Notes: generated by a model not told the origin, from the sequence alone. Shown: positions 24,691-38,064, counted from the first letter of the stretch. The stretch: DNA of 64,000 nucleotides from Lama glama (GCA_028534125.1 CM052816.1:34660001-34724000); one strand, 5' to 3'. Program-made: numbers and translations.

Positions 24691-25439
24691 GTTAGGAAGA
24701 ATATAGTTTTCATCTGGAACATTTGTCTATTCAAGGTCTTCCAGGAGTCACTTCCAGGTTTTTCTACTGTCTGAGATTTAGGTAAACTTTTCTCAGATCC
24801 CTTGCACACAACTGGGGATTATTGAGAGCCCACTACTCTGACTGTACATTTCCAGGCTTACTTTATTCTCTGTCTCTACTCTTGCATTCATCTATACAAT
24901 TTAGATCCTCACCAAACCACAGGTCTGACCCAGGTGCAATATCCTCTCCCTCATCAACTTTCATAGGAAATCCATTCACACAGAGTATACCTGAATTTTT
25001 ATAATTTTATTGAATATTTGTCAGGACAGGAGGCAGGTGGCAATCACATCTGTTCATTTATTGAGTATTTATTATGTTATAGTTACTGTTCTCCGTGCAG
25101 TAGATATAGCAGTGAACAAGACAGACAAAATTTCTGACTTCCTAGTCACCAATCCAGTGGGAGAGGTAGATGACAAACTCCGTGGAGAGTGTGACCATCT
25201 GCAGTTTCCCGAATCCTAGCCTTTCCATCCTCCTCTTCCTCTTGAGCCACTCTGTCATGCTCTGCAGCATTTTGAAGCCTCTGCTCTGATATGTGACCCC
25301 ATGGCCCTGCCAGGTTGCTTTGTCTTTCACAGCCCCCTGACCTTGGAATTTTGGCAGACAAAAAAGTCTACATCTTTTTACACAGGATTCTTCAGTTCCA
25401 CGGAGCTAGAACTTGGCAGGTCTTCCAGCCACCCAGCTG

Positions 25440-25690
25440 CCAGCTGGGAATTTAGTATAGTGGGTGGGACAATGGCATGAACATAGAAATTTGGGATAAG
25501 GCAGGTCTGGGATCAAAACTCTGCCTCTCACTTGTTGTGTAGTGTTGAATATGTTTCTTAATCTTTCTAGGACTTCATTTTTCTCATCTGTAAAATGGAG
25601 CTATTAATAACATCCTCTTAACGTGAGAGTAAAGATTAAATGTGAAAAGTTTCCAGCACAGTATAGGTGCTTAAATATGACTAGTGTATT
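25440..25690 (+). mobile_element. MIR
   Basis: MIR core CTTCATTTTTCTCATCTGTAAAATGGAG. Confidence 0.75.
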
Positions 25691-26299
25691 TCCTTTAGGT
25701 TCTAGAGAGATTCTGGGGTACACCAGGAAGTGGAATCAACCAGAACTCAGGTCCGGACACAAAGACAGTCATGGGTTATATGAGAGAAAGAAAGTTAGCA
25801 CTTACTGCACTTTAAGGGGGGCAACACAGGTATTCATGGGTCAACCCCTGTGACCTCTGTGATGAACAGAAGAGTGACCTTCTCCAGTGTCATAAAGTAG
25901 GTGGGACACTTAACTAAACACTTCCTTCCCCCGAGACCTTGGAACTAAGGTTTAGCTCTCACTCCTGCTCTAGCAAAAATGGCTTAAGATGGAACTGGAG
26001 CAGAACAAAAATTGCACAGGGAAGTCATTAATGGTCCCATGGGTGGGGGCTAGCAAAGACAGAAGCAGGACAGGCTGAAAAGACACTCAACACTGTGAAG
26101 AAGTAGAGGCTGGATGTCCCATCTGGTAAGGATCAAAGCCATAAAATATCCCCAAGAATGGAAGATGCCCAAGGTGGCTGTACTGGCAGAATTCTGACAT
26201 CTGTGGTGGGAATAAACAACTGGCTCCTAGGATATGGCCACTGGGAGCTGAAGGGCTGAGATTCTCAGACTCTTCAGCTTGGAAGGGCTCTGAAAGATC

Positions 26300-26490
26300 A
26301 TCCAGACCGGGGGTTCCCAAACATGACCCCTGATCTAGCATGACTGAATGAGATGTGCCCAGGTTTGAGGCAGGCAAAACATTTAAATACTTCTCAGGTG
26401 ATTCTAGTGGCTTGGGGTGGGGACTAGAGAGTCTACATTTCTAACCAAGCTCTCAGCAGATGTCTGACCATATTTTGAGTAGCAGGGTCC
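26300..26490. mobile_element. MER5-like hAT MITE
   Basis: GTCTACATTTCTAACCAAGCTC...CCATATTTTGAGTAGCAGG resembles MER5A. Confidence 0.5.
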
Positions 26491-27344
26491 TAGACTGACT
26501 TCACAGCAGATGCTTGACTCTTCCCTAGATAGTCTATCAAAAGGTCCTTTGACCCCTGCTTGATTATCTCCAGTGAAAGGAATCTCATTACCTCTGATGG
26601 AGCCTGTTCAAACTTTATCCCTCCTAGTTAACACCTTGTGTGTATATGTTTCCTAAGTACTGCTGTTGACATTTGTAGCCTACTCTATCCTTTGACAACT
26701 CTGCCGGAAAATCCTTACTAATGTTTTTCTACCATTGATCATTTAAAGGTTATAACATTAACTATAGGTTTTTGTAGAAAATATGGAAAATATAGACCTA
26801 TAGAGGGAAACATTTATAATAATGATATCACCAACCAGAGATACCTACTATTGAAATACTGGAGTATTTCCTTCTAGTTCTTCCTTATACTTTGAAATCT
26901 GATTCCTGTGTCATTCTCCCTTAGAATCTCAGAGAACAAAGCTCAGCCCCATCCCTTTTCTCTCTCACAGCTCTGGGCAATGGGCAGCAATTCTCCACTG
27001 GCCAGTGCTCCAGTGCCTGCCTCTCCTAATGTCTCTGTGGGCCCACTCCTTACAGGAGCAAAGTTTGGCAGAGACAAGAGGGAGGAGAACTCAGGCCCTC
27101 TGGGTGAGATGTCACTGCTGGCGCTCATTGAGCCATGGGCTGTTTTTCAAGTCATGGGGATGGCTTTACAATGAGCCACTCTATTTCTTTCACTTGATAC
27201 TGCTTGTCACCAGTAAGCAAACATTTCAAGGATTCTGTGACCACAGAACAGAATGTTTTTCACTTGGCAAAGGCAATTGGCTCCCAGCCAATCATAGCCT
27301 CACCCTTGTTCAGTTTCATTAGTCTTATGACCCACTGAGTGTGG

Positions 27345-27570
27345 GCTCATGAGTAAACACCTGGATTCAAAGCCTGCCTCCATCATTTCTTACTAACTCT
27401 GAGAAGTTGGACAAGTTACTTAGCCCTTCTATGCCTCAGTTTCCTCATCTTTAAATGAAGATACTACTACTACTCTCCTACAGAGTTCTTCTGTGGATTA
27501 AGTGTGTTAATTCACATTAGGTTTTTAAAACAGTGTCTGACTCATGAAAGAACTCAGGAGATGATATCTA
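27345..27570 (+). mobile_element. MIR
   Basis: CCTGGATTCAAAGCC...TTGGACAAGTTACTTAGCCCTTCTATGCCTCAGTTTCCTCATCT. Confidence 0.8.
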
Positions 27571-28343
27571 AAATGTACACACACAAACAGCCACAATATC
27601 AAATTTAATCGGTAAGATATACTGAGATAAGGAGATAAGCTTAGTACTTATTTCTGCACTTTAACCTCGAGAAAGACCTGGCTAAGGAAAGGTTCTCAAA
27701 GTGCCCAGAGCCAACTGTGACAAGGAGTATGTTCTGCCTCGGAAGCCAATCACCTGTGGTCCTGCACCTCCTCTGAAGGAGCTGCACTCTGAGCTTTGAG
27801 CACAGCAGCTGGGGTGGAACAGGTGCTTGGTAAAAGTTGAGCAATGAGGACTGCTGTCACCACTTCCCTCACTATTTCTGGTTCTGCCTAGTGGGTGCCA
27901 GGATACAGGTGGAAAACCTGGGAAATTGGTAGTATTTTTCAGTTAGGACGGGTTCTCCCTAGGACAGAACATTGAGGATTCCATGTCACTCCCTTTGCAT
28001 GCTGCAGAGACCTGTGGCCAAACATCATGCTATGAGTCTTGAAAGCTGTGCTCAATCCCCAGGGAGTCACTGGCTGTGCTCTGGGCACTTAGTACATTAT
28101 TGCAATTATAGCTGGTTTTCTAGACAGTGTCTAAATGGCACCCTGATGACTAGAAAAAGATAATGTTCAACCCTATACACCTAACTTCCTATTAGAGAAT
28201 CAATTAGACACTGGGGACAATCTGGCTCATTAATAAATAAGTTCATTTCTGTGTTTTGTAATCCAGACCATAAATAGCTTACCCCATACACTGATCCTTG
28301 AATTTATAACCCTTTCTCTTTTTTGCCTCTTTGTCCATTCCTT

Positions 28344-28480
28344 TATTTTTTTTTAACAGCTTAATTGAAGTATGATTGGCGTATGACATTGTATTAGTTT
28401 CAGGTGTATAGCATAATGATTTGATATTTGTATACATTATGAAATAATCACAAGTCTAGTTAATACCCATCACCTTACAC
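28344..28480 (-). mobile_element. L1 3' end fragment
   Basis: T-run followed by AATTGAAGTATGATTG...TATTAGTTTCAGGTGTATAGCATAATGATTTG, similar to 44100-44230. Confidence 0.8.
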
Positions 28481-30535
28481 TTCCTCTTTTATAATATAGA
28501 TGATTAATGGCATAAATTTCCCCATAAGTGGCATTGCTTGGATTAAAAATTTTTTTTCACATTCAGTTCAAAATGCTTCTTAACTTCACTTTTGGTTTCC
28601 TCTTTGGCCTATAAGTTATTTAGAAGTGTTTTATTTAATTTCCAAATATTTGGGGAAGTTGCCAGAAATATTCTGTCATACTTTGTATGGCTTGAATCCT
28701 TTTCAACTTGACTGAGACTTATTTTATGACCCAGAATGTGGTCTACATGTCCTGTGTGCCCTTGACAAGAATGTGTATTCTGCTTTTCTACAACTATTAA
28801 TCAGGTCAAGTTGGTTAATACTGTTTTTGAATCTTTTGGATACTTGCTAAGTTTTATCATCTTGTTCCATCAATTACTGAAAGAGATATTGAAATGTCCA
28901 CTATAACTGTGGATTTTCTTCTTTCACCTTGAAGTTCTGCCATTTTTTGCTTCATGTATTTTGATGCTCTGTTATTAGGTTCATTAATGTTTAGGATTGT
29001 TCTGTCATCTCAATAAATTGATCCCTTTATTATTACATAATGATCTTCTTATTCCAGGTAGTATTTTGCTGCTCTGAAATCTACTTTACTTGATAGTAAT
29101 ATAGTAGTAGAATAGTAGATAGTTGTTATTCCTGTTTTCCTTCATATAGCTTTAATCTTGATGTATCTTTCTCCAACGTTTTAAATTTAACTCATGAGTA
29201 TCTTTATGTTTAAAGTAAGTTTCTTGTAAGGCAACATTTATTGGGGTCCAATAATCTTTGCCTTTTAGTTGAAATACTTAGATCATTTGCACTTAATGTT
29301 ATTACTGATATGATTAGATTTACATATATCATCTTGCTATTTGTTTTCTATTATTCCCATCTCTTCTTTGTTCTCTTTTTCCTTCTTATTGTGGATTATT
29401 TAAATTTTTATGATTTCAATTTATCTTCTTAGATTATTAGTGATAACTCTCTGTTCTGTTATTTTAGCAGCTGCCTTTGGGCTTATAGTGCACATCTTTA
29501 ACATATCACAATCTATTGTCAATTGACATTATACCACTTCACATATAGTATGAGAATCTTTAAGCAGCATACTTCCATTTCTTCCTTTCTTGTCTTTGTG
29601 CTGTGGTTGTTACAAATTTTACTTCTTATGTGTTATAAGCTACACACTATATTGTAATTAGTTTTGTTTAAATAGTTATCTTTTAGTGAGATTTAAATAA
29701 TGAGGAAATGGACTATCTATATTTACTCATGTAATTACCATTTCTCATGTTCTTTATTCCTTTCTGTGCATCTATATTTCCACCCATTACCATTTTATTT
29801 CTGCCTGAATATTGTCTTTAGTGTTTTTTATAGGGTGCATCTGCTGGTGAATACTTTCAGCTTTTGTTTGCATGAAAATAACATTATTTTGCCTTTGGTT
29901 TTGAAAGATATCTTCATTGAGTATAGAATTCTAGGTTGGTAGTTGTTGGAATTTTTTTTTTGAGTACTTTAAGTATATTGACCCACTGTCTTCTCACTTG
30001 CATTGTTGCCTATGAAGACTCTGTTATCCTTATCTTTGTTCCACTTTACATAGTGTAACTTCTTTCTCTGATGGCTTTTAATATTCTCTCTTTGTCACTG
30101 GTTTTAAGCAAGTCAGTTATAATGAGGCTTGGCGTCATTTTCTTCTTGTTTCTTGTGTCTGAGGTCCAATGAACGTCTTGAATTTATGGATTTATACTTT
30201 TCATCAAATTTAGAAAATTTCCAGTTGTTGTTTCTTCAGATATTTTTGTCCTCCCACCCACACCTTCAGGACTCCAATTACACATACATCAGTCTGCTTA
30301 AAGTTGTTCCATAAGCTCACTGATGCTCTGCTCATGTTTTTAAAAATTATCATTTCTCTGTTTCATTTTGGATAGTTTCTATTGCTTTGTCTTTAAGTTC
30401 ACTAATCTTTTCTTCTTCAATGTCCAATGTGCCAATAACTCCATCTTATACATTGTAGCTATAATTTCTAGAAATTTTGTTAGGGTCTTTTTTATATCTT
30501 AACTTCTTGAACATATGGAATAGAGTTATACCTGT

Positions 30536-30659
30536 CTTTTTGTGTTTTGTGTTTTTTTTTTTTTTTGAGTGAAGGTAGATTTATTCAGAGAGATACATTG
30601 AAAGGCAAGAGAAAGGCCACGAGGTTTGGGCATTGGGTGCTAAGTTTAAAAGTAGGTAC
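30536..30659 (-). mobile_element. Short polyadenylated retrocopy, probably of an ERV LTR U3/R segment
   Basis: 14-bp TSD AGAGTTATACCTGT at 30522-30535 and 30660-30673. The body is 93 nt, with AATAAA (30585-30580) 13 nt before a poly(A) tail. The LTR origin is inferred from sequence resemblance. Confidence 0.75.
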
Positions 30660-31239
30660 AGAGTTATACCTGTTTTAATGTCTTTATCTGCCAATTTTAA
30701 TATCCTTGTCAGTTCTGTGTCAGTTTAGGTAGATTGATTTTTCTCCTTATTATGAGTAGTATTTTTCTGTTTTCTTGCATGTCTGGTAATTTTTTATATA
30801 TGTCAGATCTTGTGAATTTTATCATTTTCAATATTGGATTTTTTTTAATGCCTTCAAGTATAATTGAGCTTTACTCTGGAATGTAATGATTTGGAAATGA
30901 TGTGCTCCTTTGAGATCTTGCCCTTAAGATTTGATAGTGAGAATTAGAGTAAGTTCAGTCTAGGGATATTCATCACTCACTTCTGAGGCAAGTCTTTTCT
31001 GTTTATTGTGTTTAGTTCTTCACGAATCCTGAGATTTCCCAATCTGCCTAGTAAGAACAGACACTATCCCTAGCCCTGTGTGAGTGCCAGACACTGTTAC
31101 CTCTAATCATTTTGAATGTTTATTTCTCTTAATTCAAATAGTTTTTACATGTGCATGCCTTGCTTAAACCTCAACTGAGGCAGACCCTGTCCACATCTCT
31201 GTAATTTTTCACACTGTGCAGTTCTCCCCTCTCTGTGTC

Positions 31240-31302
31240 CTGGAATCTAATTGAGTTTCCTCTCCCTGAGCCACTGGAATCTAATTGAGTTTCCTCTCCC
31301 TG
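31240..31302. repeat. Perfect 29-bp direct repeat (period 34)
   Basis: CTGGAATCTAATTGAGTTTCCTCTCCCTG at 31240-31268 and 31274-31302. Confidence 0.95.
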
Positions 31303-32004
31303 TGACATAGCCTGGGAAAACCCTCACAGCCCGAAGCTGGGACAACTGTAGGGCTCATCTATTTGCTTCCCATCTCATAATGATAACTGTCATTTGTTGC
31401 CTTACAACAGTGTCTTGCAAAGCATCCTTTCATATAGTTTGTCCTTTTTTTTTTTTTTGGTTGTTTCATGTGGGACAGTTAATCTGGTCCCTGTTACTCT
31501 GTAATGGGTGAAAGTAGGAGCCCCCATCATTTCTTTTTAAATCTACTCTGATTATTTTCATTTGGTTGACAAATCATCTAGCCTCTTGCCATTAGGTATA
31601 GTCTATTGAATGCCTGAGATATGGTCATTTGCATCTAGCTTTTGTATGAATCTCTGGAAGTTATTTTAGAAATTAACAATATAATTTGGAATGTGTTTCA
31701 TTTCCCTAAGGTCTATGTTTCCTTCCTTCACCACTTAGCTGATGCCTTTCTTCTAATGGGTTCCTCCCTTACATTTTTTAAATATGTGTCAACCAGGCTA
31801 ATTGTTTACAGCACCAGAGCTTTTAAGTTGTTATTGATTTTTTCATCACTTAAATAAGAAATATATGTATGAAACCATTTATTTGAGTAAGTGTGTAACA
31901 GCTGATTTCCTCGTCTAATGGACAAAAACATCTAGGGGGTTAGGAGACAAATATTTATGAATCATATGCAGTATGAAAATAAACATTGTAGACATAACCC
32001 AAAC

Positions 32005-32250
32005 TAGTATTTACTGAGGACCAATTATTGTTCAAGTACTGAGCTGAGTTTTTTTCCCCCCAACATTATTTTAATTATCTTTACTTTATAAGGTAGATAC
32101 CTCCCCACCCCATTTTTTCAGACAAGGAAATTGCATTTCATAAAGTTAAATAATTGCTACAAGTCACTTGGCCAATAAGTAACGTAGCCAGGATTTAAAC
32201 CCAAATTGTCTAATTCCGAAATCCAAATTCTTTCTCTTCTGACATACTGG
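32005..32250 (-). mobile_element. MIR
   Basis: CCCATTTTTTCAGACAAGGAAATTG...AGTTAAATAATTGC...AGCCAGGATTTAAACCCA. Confidence 0.7.
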
Positions 32251-32979
32251 CCCAAGAAGAAATCAACCTGTTGCTAGACTAGACTTTCCTGCCTGTATTC
32301 ACTAGTGTGCCCAACTGCAGAAAGACACATTAAAATCCTCTCAAAAGCAACTGAAATACCAAAATCCTTTGAGTTAGACTTCTTTTTTTATCAATGCCTT
32401 TCTCTCAACTTGAAATTATTTGAGCAACAAATAACTTAGTGACTATAATAATACAGGCAGTGAATGAGGTGGAAATCATTTCTACTTAGAAAAAGGGTTT
32501 ATTTGGATTATCTAAAGTTAGAGTCAGCCCCCAAATAAATGCCACGTGAATTAAATCTCTAAGCATAAAAAAGCAAAGTCATAATGTTTTAAAATGAAAT
32601 TAGATAATTTTTTTTAAAAAATGTGAATTTGGGAGATGCCATTCAAAGTAAGAAACAAAATCTGGAAACCAAAAAGGAAAATATCTGACACATATGACAA
32701 TGTGATTTTTTTCATTTACATCTGTACCAAAGGTATTCCAAAAATTCCAAAAAAAAAAAAAAAGGCCTCAAGCAACAGAACTGGAAGGAAATATTTGACA
32801 TTTGTAACAAAGAGTTAATATTTTAATTGGACTATCCTCAGCTCAGCATTACTCACTAATGGTTCTCAGCATTAATTTCAAATAGAGGCCCTTGCTGTGA
32901 CAAACCTTTTCTTTCAGGCCACCATCCCTCTGGTTAAGTTCTTGAGTCTGTCCTCATCCAGAGTTCCTAGGATCATGAA

Positions 32980-33170
32980 GAGAGTTAACCAAGTATGGGT
33001 TGAAGCTCTGGCTCTGCCATTTACAAGCTACATGATGTTGGCCAAGTCATGTAGCCTCTCTGCATGCCCAGTGGGGATAGAAACAGTGCTGAGCTCACAG
33101 CGTTTTTGTGAGAATCAGTGAACATTGTCTTTGGTGTATAGTAAGCATTCAATAAGTGGTAGCCACTGCT
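32980..33170 (+). mobile_element. MIR
   Basis: TGGGTTGAAGCTCTGGCTCTGCCATTTACAAGCT...TTGGCCAAGTCA. Confidence 0.7.
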
Positions 33171-33244
33171 CCCTGTTACATCCTCAGTGCAGGGACATCT
33201 GGCACATAAAGACACTCAATAAGTATTTGTTGAATAAATAAACA

Positions 33245-33930
33245 CCTTCTACAGATCAAGAAGAAAAGGACACCCCATAGAAAAATAAGCAAAGGATATG
33301 GTTGAAAATACACAGAAAAATGCAAATATTTGCAAATGCATGGGAAAAGGCTCGATCTCAATAATGATAGAAATACAAATTAAAACAAAACCAAAATATC
33401 TTGTTTATTTTTTAAATTAGTATTTTTTCTTTATGGAGGTACAAGGGATTTAACCCAGGATCTTGTGCATGCTATGCACGTGCTCTACCACTGAGCTATA
33501 CCCACCCCTAAATTACCTTGTTTTTAATTGTCTGGATTGAAAAAAAAATGTTTACATGACTTACTGATTATATCCAATGCAAGCAAGATTGTTGGGAAAT
33601 CTTCCTATACATCCCTGATGGAGTAGAAATTAGTAGAATAGCCCAAGAAAAATATTTGGCAATAGTTTTTAAACTATAAATATACAAATTCAGCAAAAGT
33701 TCTAGGAATCTAGCTTACAGAAATAATACATGAGTATGGAAAGATACATCTTTAAGGATGCTCATTGCACATTGTTTGAAATTTAAAGCATCAGAAATAA
33801 CCTAAATGCTCAACTACTGAGAACCACTTTAAAAAATAGTGATACATCCATATAAGTGAATGAACTAAATCTAAAAAAGATCCATGATATATATTCTTGA
33901 GGATATACATTTAAAGAGAGAGCAAATTGC
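33245..33930 (+). mobile_element. Old L1 (L1ME-like) 3' region interrupted by a SINE
   Basis: A-rich degenerate ORF2-end/3'UTR motifs (TTCTAGGAATCTA, AAGGATGCTCATTGCAC, AACCTAAATGCTCA). Confidence 0.6.
33407..33508 (-). mobile_element. tRNA-Ala-derived SINE (Vic-1-like, shorter and more diverged copy)
   Basis: Minus strand GGGGTGGGTATAGCTCAGTGGTAGAGCACGTGCATAGCATGCAC...CCTGGGTTAAATCCC, homologous to the copy at 42.7 kb, with an A-rich tail. Confidence 0.88.
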
Positions 33931-36900
33931 TCATCAATATAATAACTAATATTTGTTGAACACGTGTTAGTGTAGCAAGCAATTTCCAGGAGTTATCTTA
34001 TTTAATCATCAATATATATAGCCTCTATGAACTTCAGTTGCTTCAGATGTAACATAAGAGGATAAGACCAGATAAGCTCTAAGATCCTTTCCATCCTAGT
34101 TCTAAAATACTAACTATACTAAGATACTTATTAAGATACTTTTTTGAGAGCCAACTAGTTCTAGAAAAAGCTGAGCACAGTGATGCCTCTGAGAATTGGA
34201 CAAACTGGTGTCTAGTCATGTGATGTCTACTATGGAAACTCTGTAGTGCATGATTCTGCTTCCTGAGAAATATTCACAATCTTGTTATCAAGTGTTAAAC
34301 AAAGTTGAGACCATTGATAATTGGTGAAGTATGGCTTTCTTATGTTAAGGTGAACTGCTTTCCTCTTGAAGTCCACCTGTATAGCAAAGTGAACTCAGGT
34401 CCTCTAACTATGCGGGAGATACCAACCACATGCTCTCCTGTGGGTCTAACTGTAGATGAACAACTTTTTTCGTTGTCTCCCCACTTGCACAGAGCTTGCC
34501 TCCTAGTAGTCCTGGAACTGTGATGTTAGCAAGTGCCAGCTTTCACACCAGGAGCTGGGAAGTAGAGAATGAGAGAGTAAAGCATAACCAGATGCAGGGC
34601 AATTGCACACCCCTAGCAGATCCTTACTTTTGGTCCATTCACCGTCCATACCAAGGATGTGCAAAGGAGTGCCCTTAATTCTGCCCTGTAGTGAAAGGGC
34701 AAATTTAAGTTCTGAACATGTGTGGAATACTGTGGGAATATGAGAAAGTGAGTAGTGAATTCAAGATTTTGACCACATGCTCATATTTTTAGAAAGATTT
34801 TATTATCTTTTGTGAAAACTTAGCAAAAAGGTTACTCTTACAACTGCCCTAATTAAAAAAAAAATTGTAGCAGAGGTATATTCTATCCCTGGATTAGTAG
34901 TATCTGACAAAAACAATGTGTTTACTAGTAGGTACGGATTCAGAGTACAAAATAAACTCTGATTCCTGCCTATTTGATAGAGACTCTTTATCAAATAAAA
35001 ACAACTTACTGGGTGATCATATCCCAGACACTGCCACTCCAGTTGTGCAATCTGCTGGGACTTGTTTCGATACTATTAGTAGCACTGTGTGAAAAATGAC
35101 CATCAGCGAGGCTGGAAACTTTGGAATCATCTATCCCAAAAAAGGACGAAAGCCCACTTCTGGCATGTGTCAGGCAACTGGAGTATCAGTTTGGAAATTG
35201 ATGACTGCCTGCTCCTGCTCCCAAGACCAGAAAAGTGCACCCTCTTACATGGGCTGCAGTAATCCATCCAAACGCAGTGTTTAAAAATGAAAAAGAAGGG
35301 GAGGTAGGAGAACAGAACACAGGTGTGTTTGGCTCTACTAGAAAATTTTGTTTTATGTACAGATTATATCTACCAGCCCCGACTCTCACAGCAGTATTAA
35401 TATGCAGATAGTTTATCAGTAATCAGGTGTCTTCGTTATGCTTAAAACCAGTTGCTGTCTTTTGAGCCAAAGGCTGAATAAAGGCCAATAAAATCACAAA
35501 TAAACTAACATTTTTCCTGATAGGTTTTTTCCAAGGGTAATAGAGTCTAAAAGAATCCATAAGGGGCTAGCCCACCTATTCCTCATGTAAGATACTGGCT
35601 TTGAGGACTACAGAGTGCAAGTTGAATATTTGTCTAACTTACTGCATCTTTGTGTTGACAAGTAAGGGATGTAAATATGTAGCCCTCAAATGAGACAGAG
35701 GTTCTATGGGCCTCCTCTACCTCTGACCCTGGCTCCATGGAGCTGTGGCCACTGCAAAGACGTAGCTTATTGCTACTTTGAACTCAAAGCCAATGCTCTG
35801 TTTCATACTTTACCATCCTCCAATACCAGCTTCACTGAAGGGATAAATGCATTGCACCCATTTATATGCCTTTCTATTCAATGGGCCAGAGGCAGGGCTA
35901 CCGCATGCTCTCTGGAGCTTTGTCCTCCTCAAGCTTAGGAGTAAATCCCAAGAAGAGAAAGGGGTAGAAGCAGGCATTGGAAAGGCCAGAGGACAAGCTT
36001 GATGGCACACACGTACTATTTCATGTAAAATTTGTCTTTAGCGGTAATGTGTGTCCCTTATTTCTCATTCCCTGGAAGTGAAGTCCTTCCCATGAAGCTT
36101 CTATTCTTTGTCTATTCCCAGTGAAGTTATTCCTGTGAAGCTCCTCTTTTTCCTCTGGAAAGCCCACCCACCTCCTAGACATGGCTGAATGCCCTAGGTA
36201 TCCCTGGCTTGGGCTCTTATACTAGGATCTCAGACAAACAGTAAGAATTACAAAGAGGAGAAAATTGGATTATGAATTCCTGTGCTTGAATTATGAAGAG
36301 GAGAATATTGAGGGAAATACTGGTTACTCCTTTCATTTTGAAAAGGCTAAATTTCTAATTAAAAAAATTAGTGCCCCTCTTAGCAAATTTGCCTAAATGT
36401 TCTGGGTCTGTTGAAAAACTATTACACCTGCTCTTATTTCTCCAGATGGAAGGACTCATTACTCTTCAATTTTCCCCTTCCCATTTTAAACTCAGACTAT
36501 CTCTCAGAGATGCTCAAGAATACTGATCCAATAAATTCCCCAGTGCTGTCAGCAGTGGCTCCATTCTAGAGTGAAAAAGAAAGACACAACCATTCTTTTG
36601 TCGGAAAGAGACTTAGGAAAGAAAAAACAACCTTCAGTGACTTTTTTCTGAACTTAAATTTTATTTATTTCTGTTGCATCACCAAATGATTTCAACTGGG
36701 GGTAGTATTTTAATACAGAAAAAAAGTAAAACAAAAAAGTAAAACTCGAGCATATTTGACATTTGAAATTAAGCTGATTGGCTGGTATATTTTAAAACAT
36801 ATCAAATAAGACAGGCATCAGTGTTTGACAAATTTTTACACAAAATGTATTGTAAGAAATAAGTGAAAGAGAAAGTGTCAACAATTTTTTTAAATAAAAT

Positions 36901-38064
36901 TTAAAAGACAAATGCACAGAATTGCAGCAGGTGTATTAACTCTGTGTAGAATTTAAAATGACTTTTGTGGTTTATAATCCTTTTAAGATTCAATCTGAAA
37001 AATTGCTTTGGAACAATGAAAACATGAAATCAAATCATAAAGCAGACTAACGGATAAAGACTATAACACAAATGGACATACTTTATCCTGCCTGTTCAAA
37101 ACAAGAGCACATTTCTATTTCTTTTATAAGCACAAAGAAGGGTCTACATTAATTTGCCTCACAATAGTCATGATTTCCTTTGCAAAATTTTAAGCTAATT
37201 TAAAGCTCTAATCTGATCATATTTTTTTAATATTCACTATTGCTTACTGGTTCAATTCTTGTGTATATATACCCCCCCCAAAAAATCAAAATTACATAGG
37301 TATTGATGGGCATTCAGCCATGAATATCACAAAACAACTGTTGCAAGGACTGGATCATAAGTGGAGTTTTTAGGGCTTTTTCATTCCACTTTGAAATTGT
37401 CATCTTTGGGTTTGAATTCTGCTGATAATCAGTGTCTGCCAGGCACAGACTAGATAAACAAGATCAGAAACCACATCTTCTCATTGGGCTTTATTTCTTC
37501 ACTATTTCTGTGCAACTTTTCATAGCACATTGACATTCTCTGCTGTAGTCGCCATGTGATTGGGTTTTAATGTATGGCTGCATGTCCCAAGGGCAGAGCA
37601 AATTATGCTACCTGAACCCTTTATCTGTAAGCAGCAATACAACAGGGCGATGTAAAACAGAAGACAGATTTATTTAGACATAAACAATGTAAAAAATATT
37701 ATTCGATACAAGAAACATAAAATCCAATATCCCAATAAATCTAGCTGACAAGCCTTACCTTATTGCTAAATGATTGCACAAAAGAACAAACTTTCTTTAA
37801 TGTTTCCAGGTTGACAAATGCAATATGTTCTGTCTACAGCCTCCTAACTTTGTCAGGAGCTATAAAGTCCTTCCCTCTTGGGTGCCAATATTTCTGAGGA
37901 GGTTTACAGGATTTCAGAGTCTATCCTATTGCAGCTTACCAAGGCCCTGGCCTTGTATTTGTCCCCTGATATTTATGAAAATAGTGAGTACTACCAAGTG
38001 TGATGTTGCTTATATTTTGTCTTAAAATTATAATCAGTTATAAAAATGATCTGGGCTGGGACAT

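Larger units (their letters stand above)
28500..31520 (-). mobile_element. Old degraded L1 (L1M-type; ORF2 start, ORF1 and 5' region)
   Basis: Long T-rich tract with antisense L1 motifs (e.g. AAGAATGTGTATTCTGCT, GTATAGAATTCTAGGTTGG, TTTTCATCAAATTTAGAAAATTT). Confidence 0.8.
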
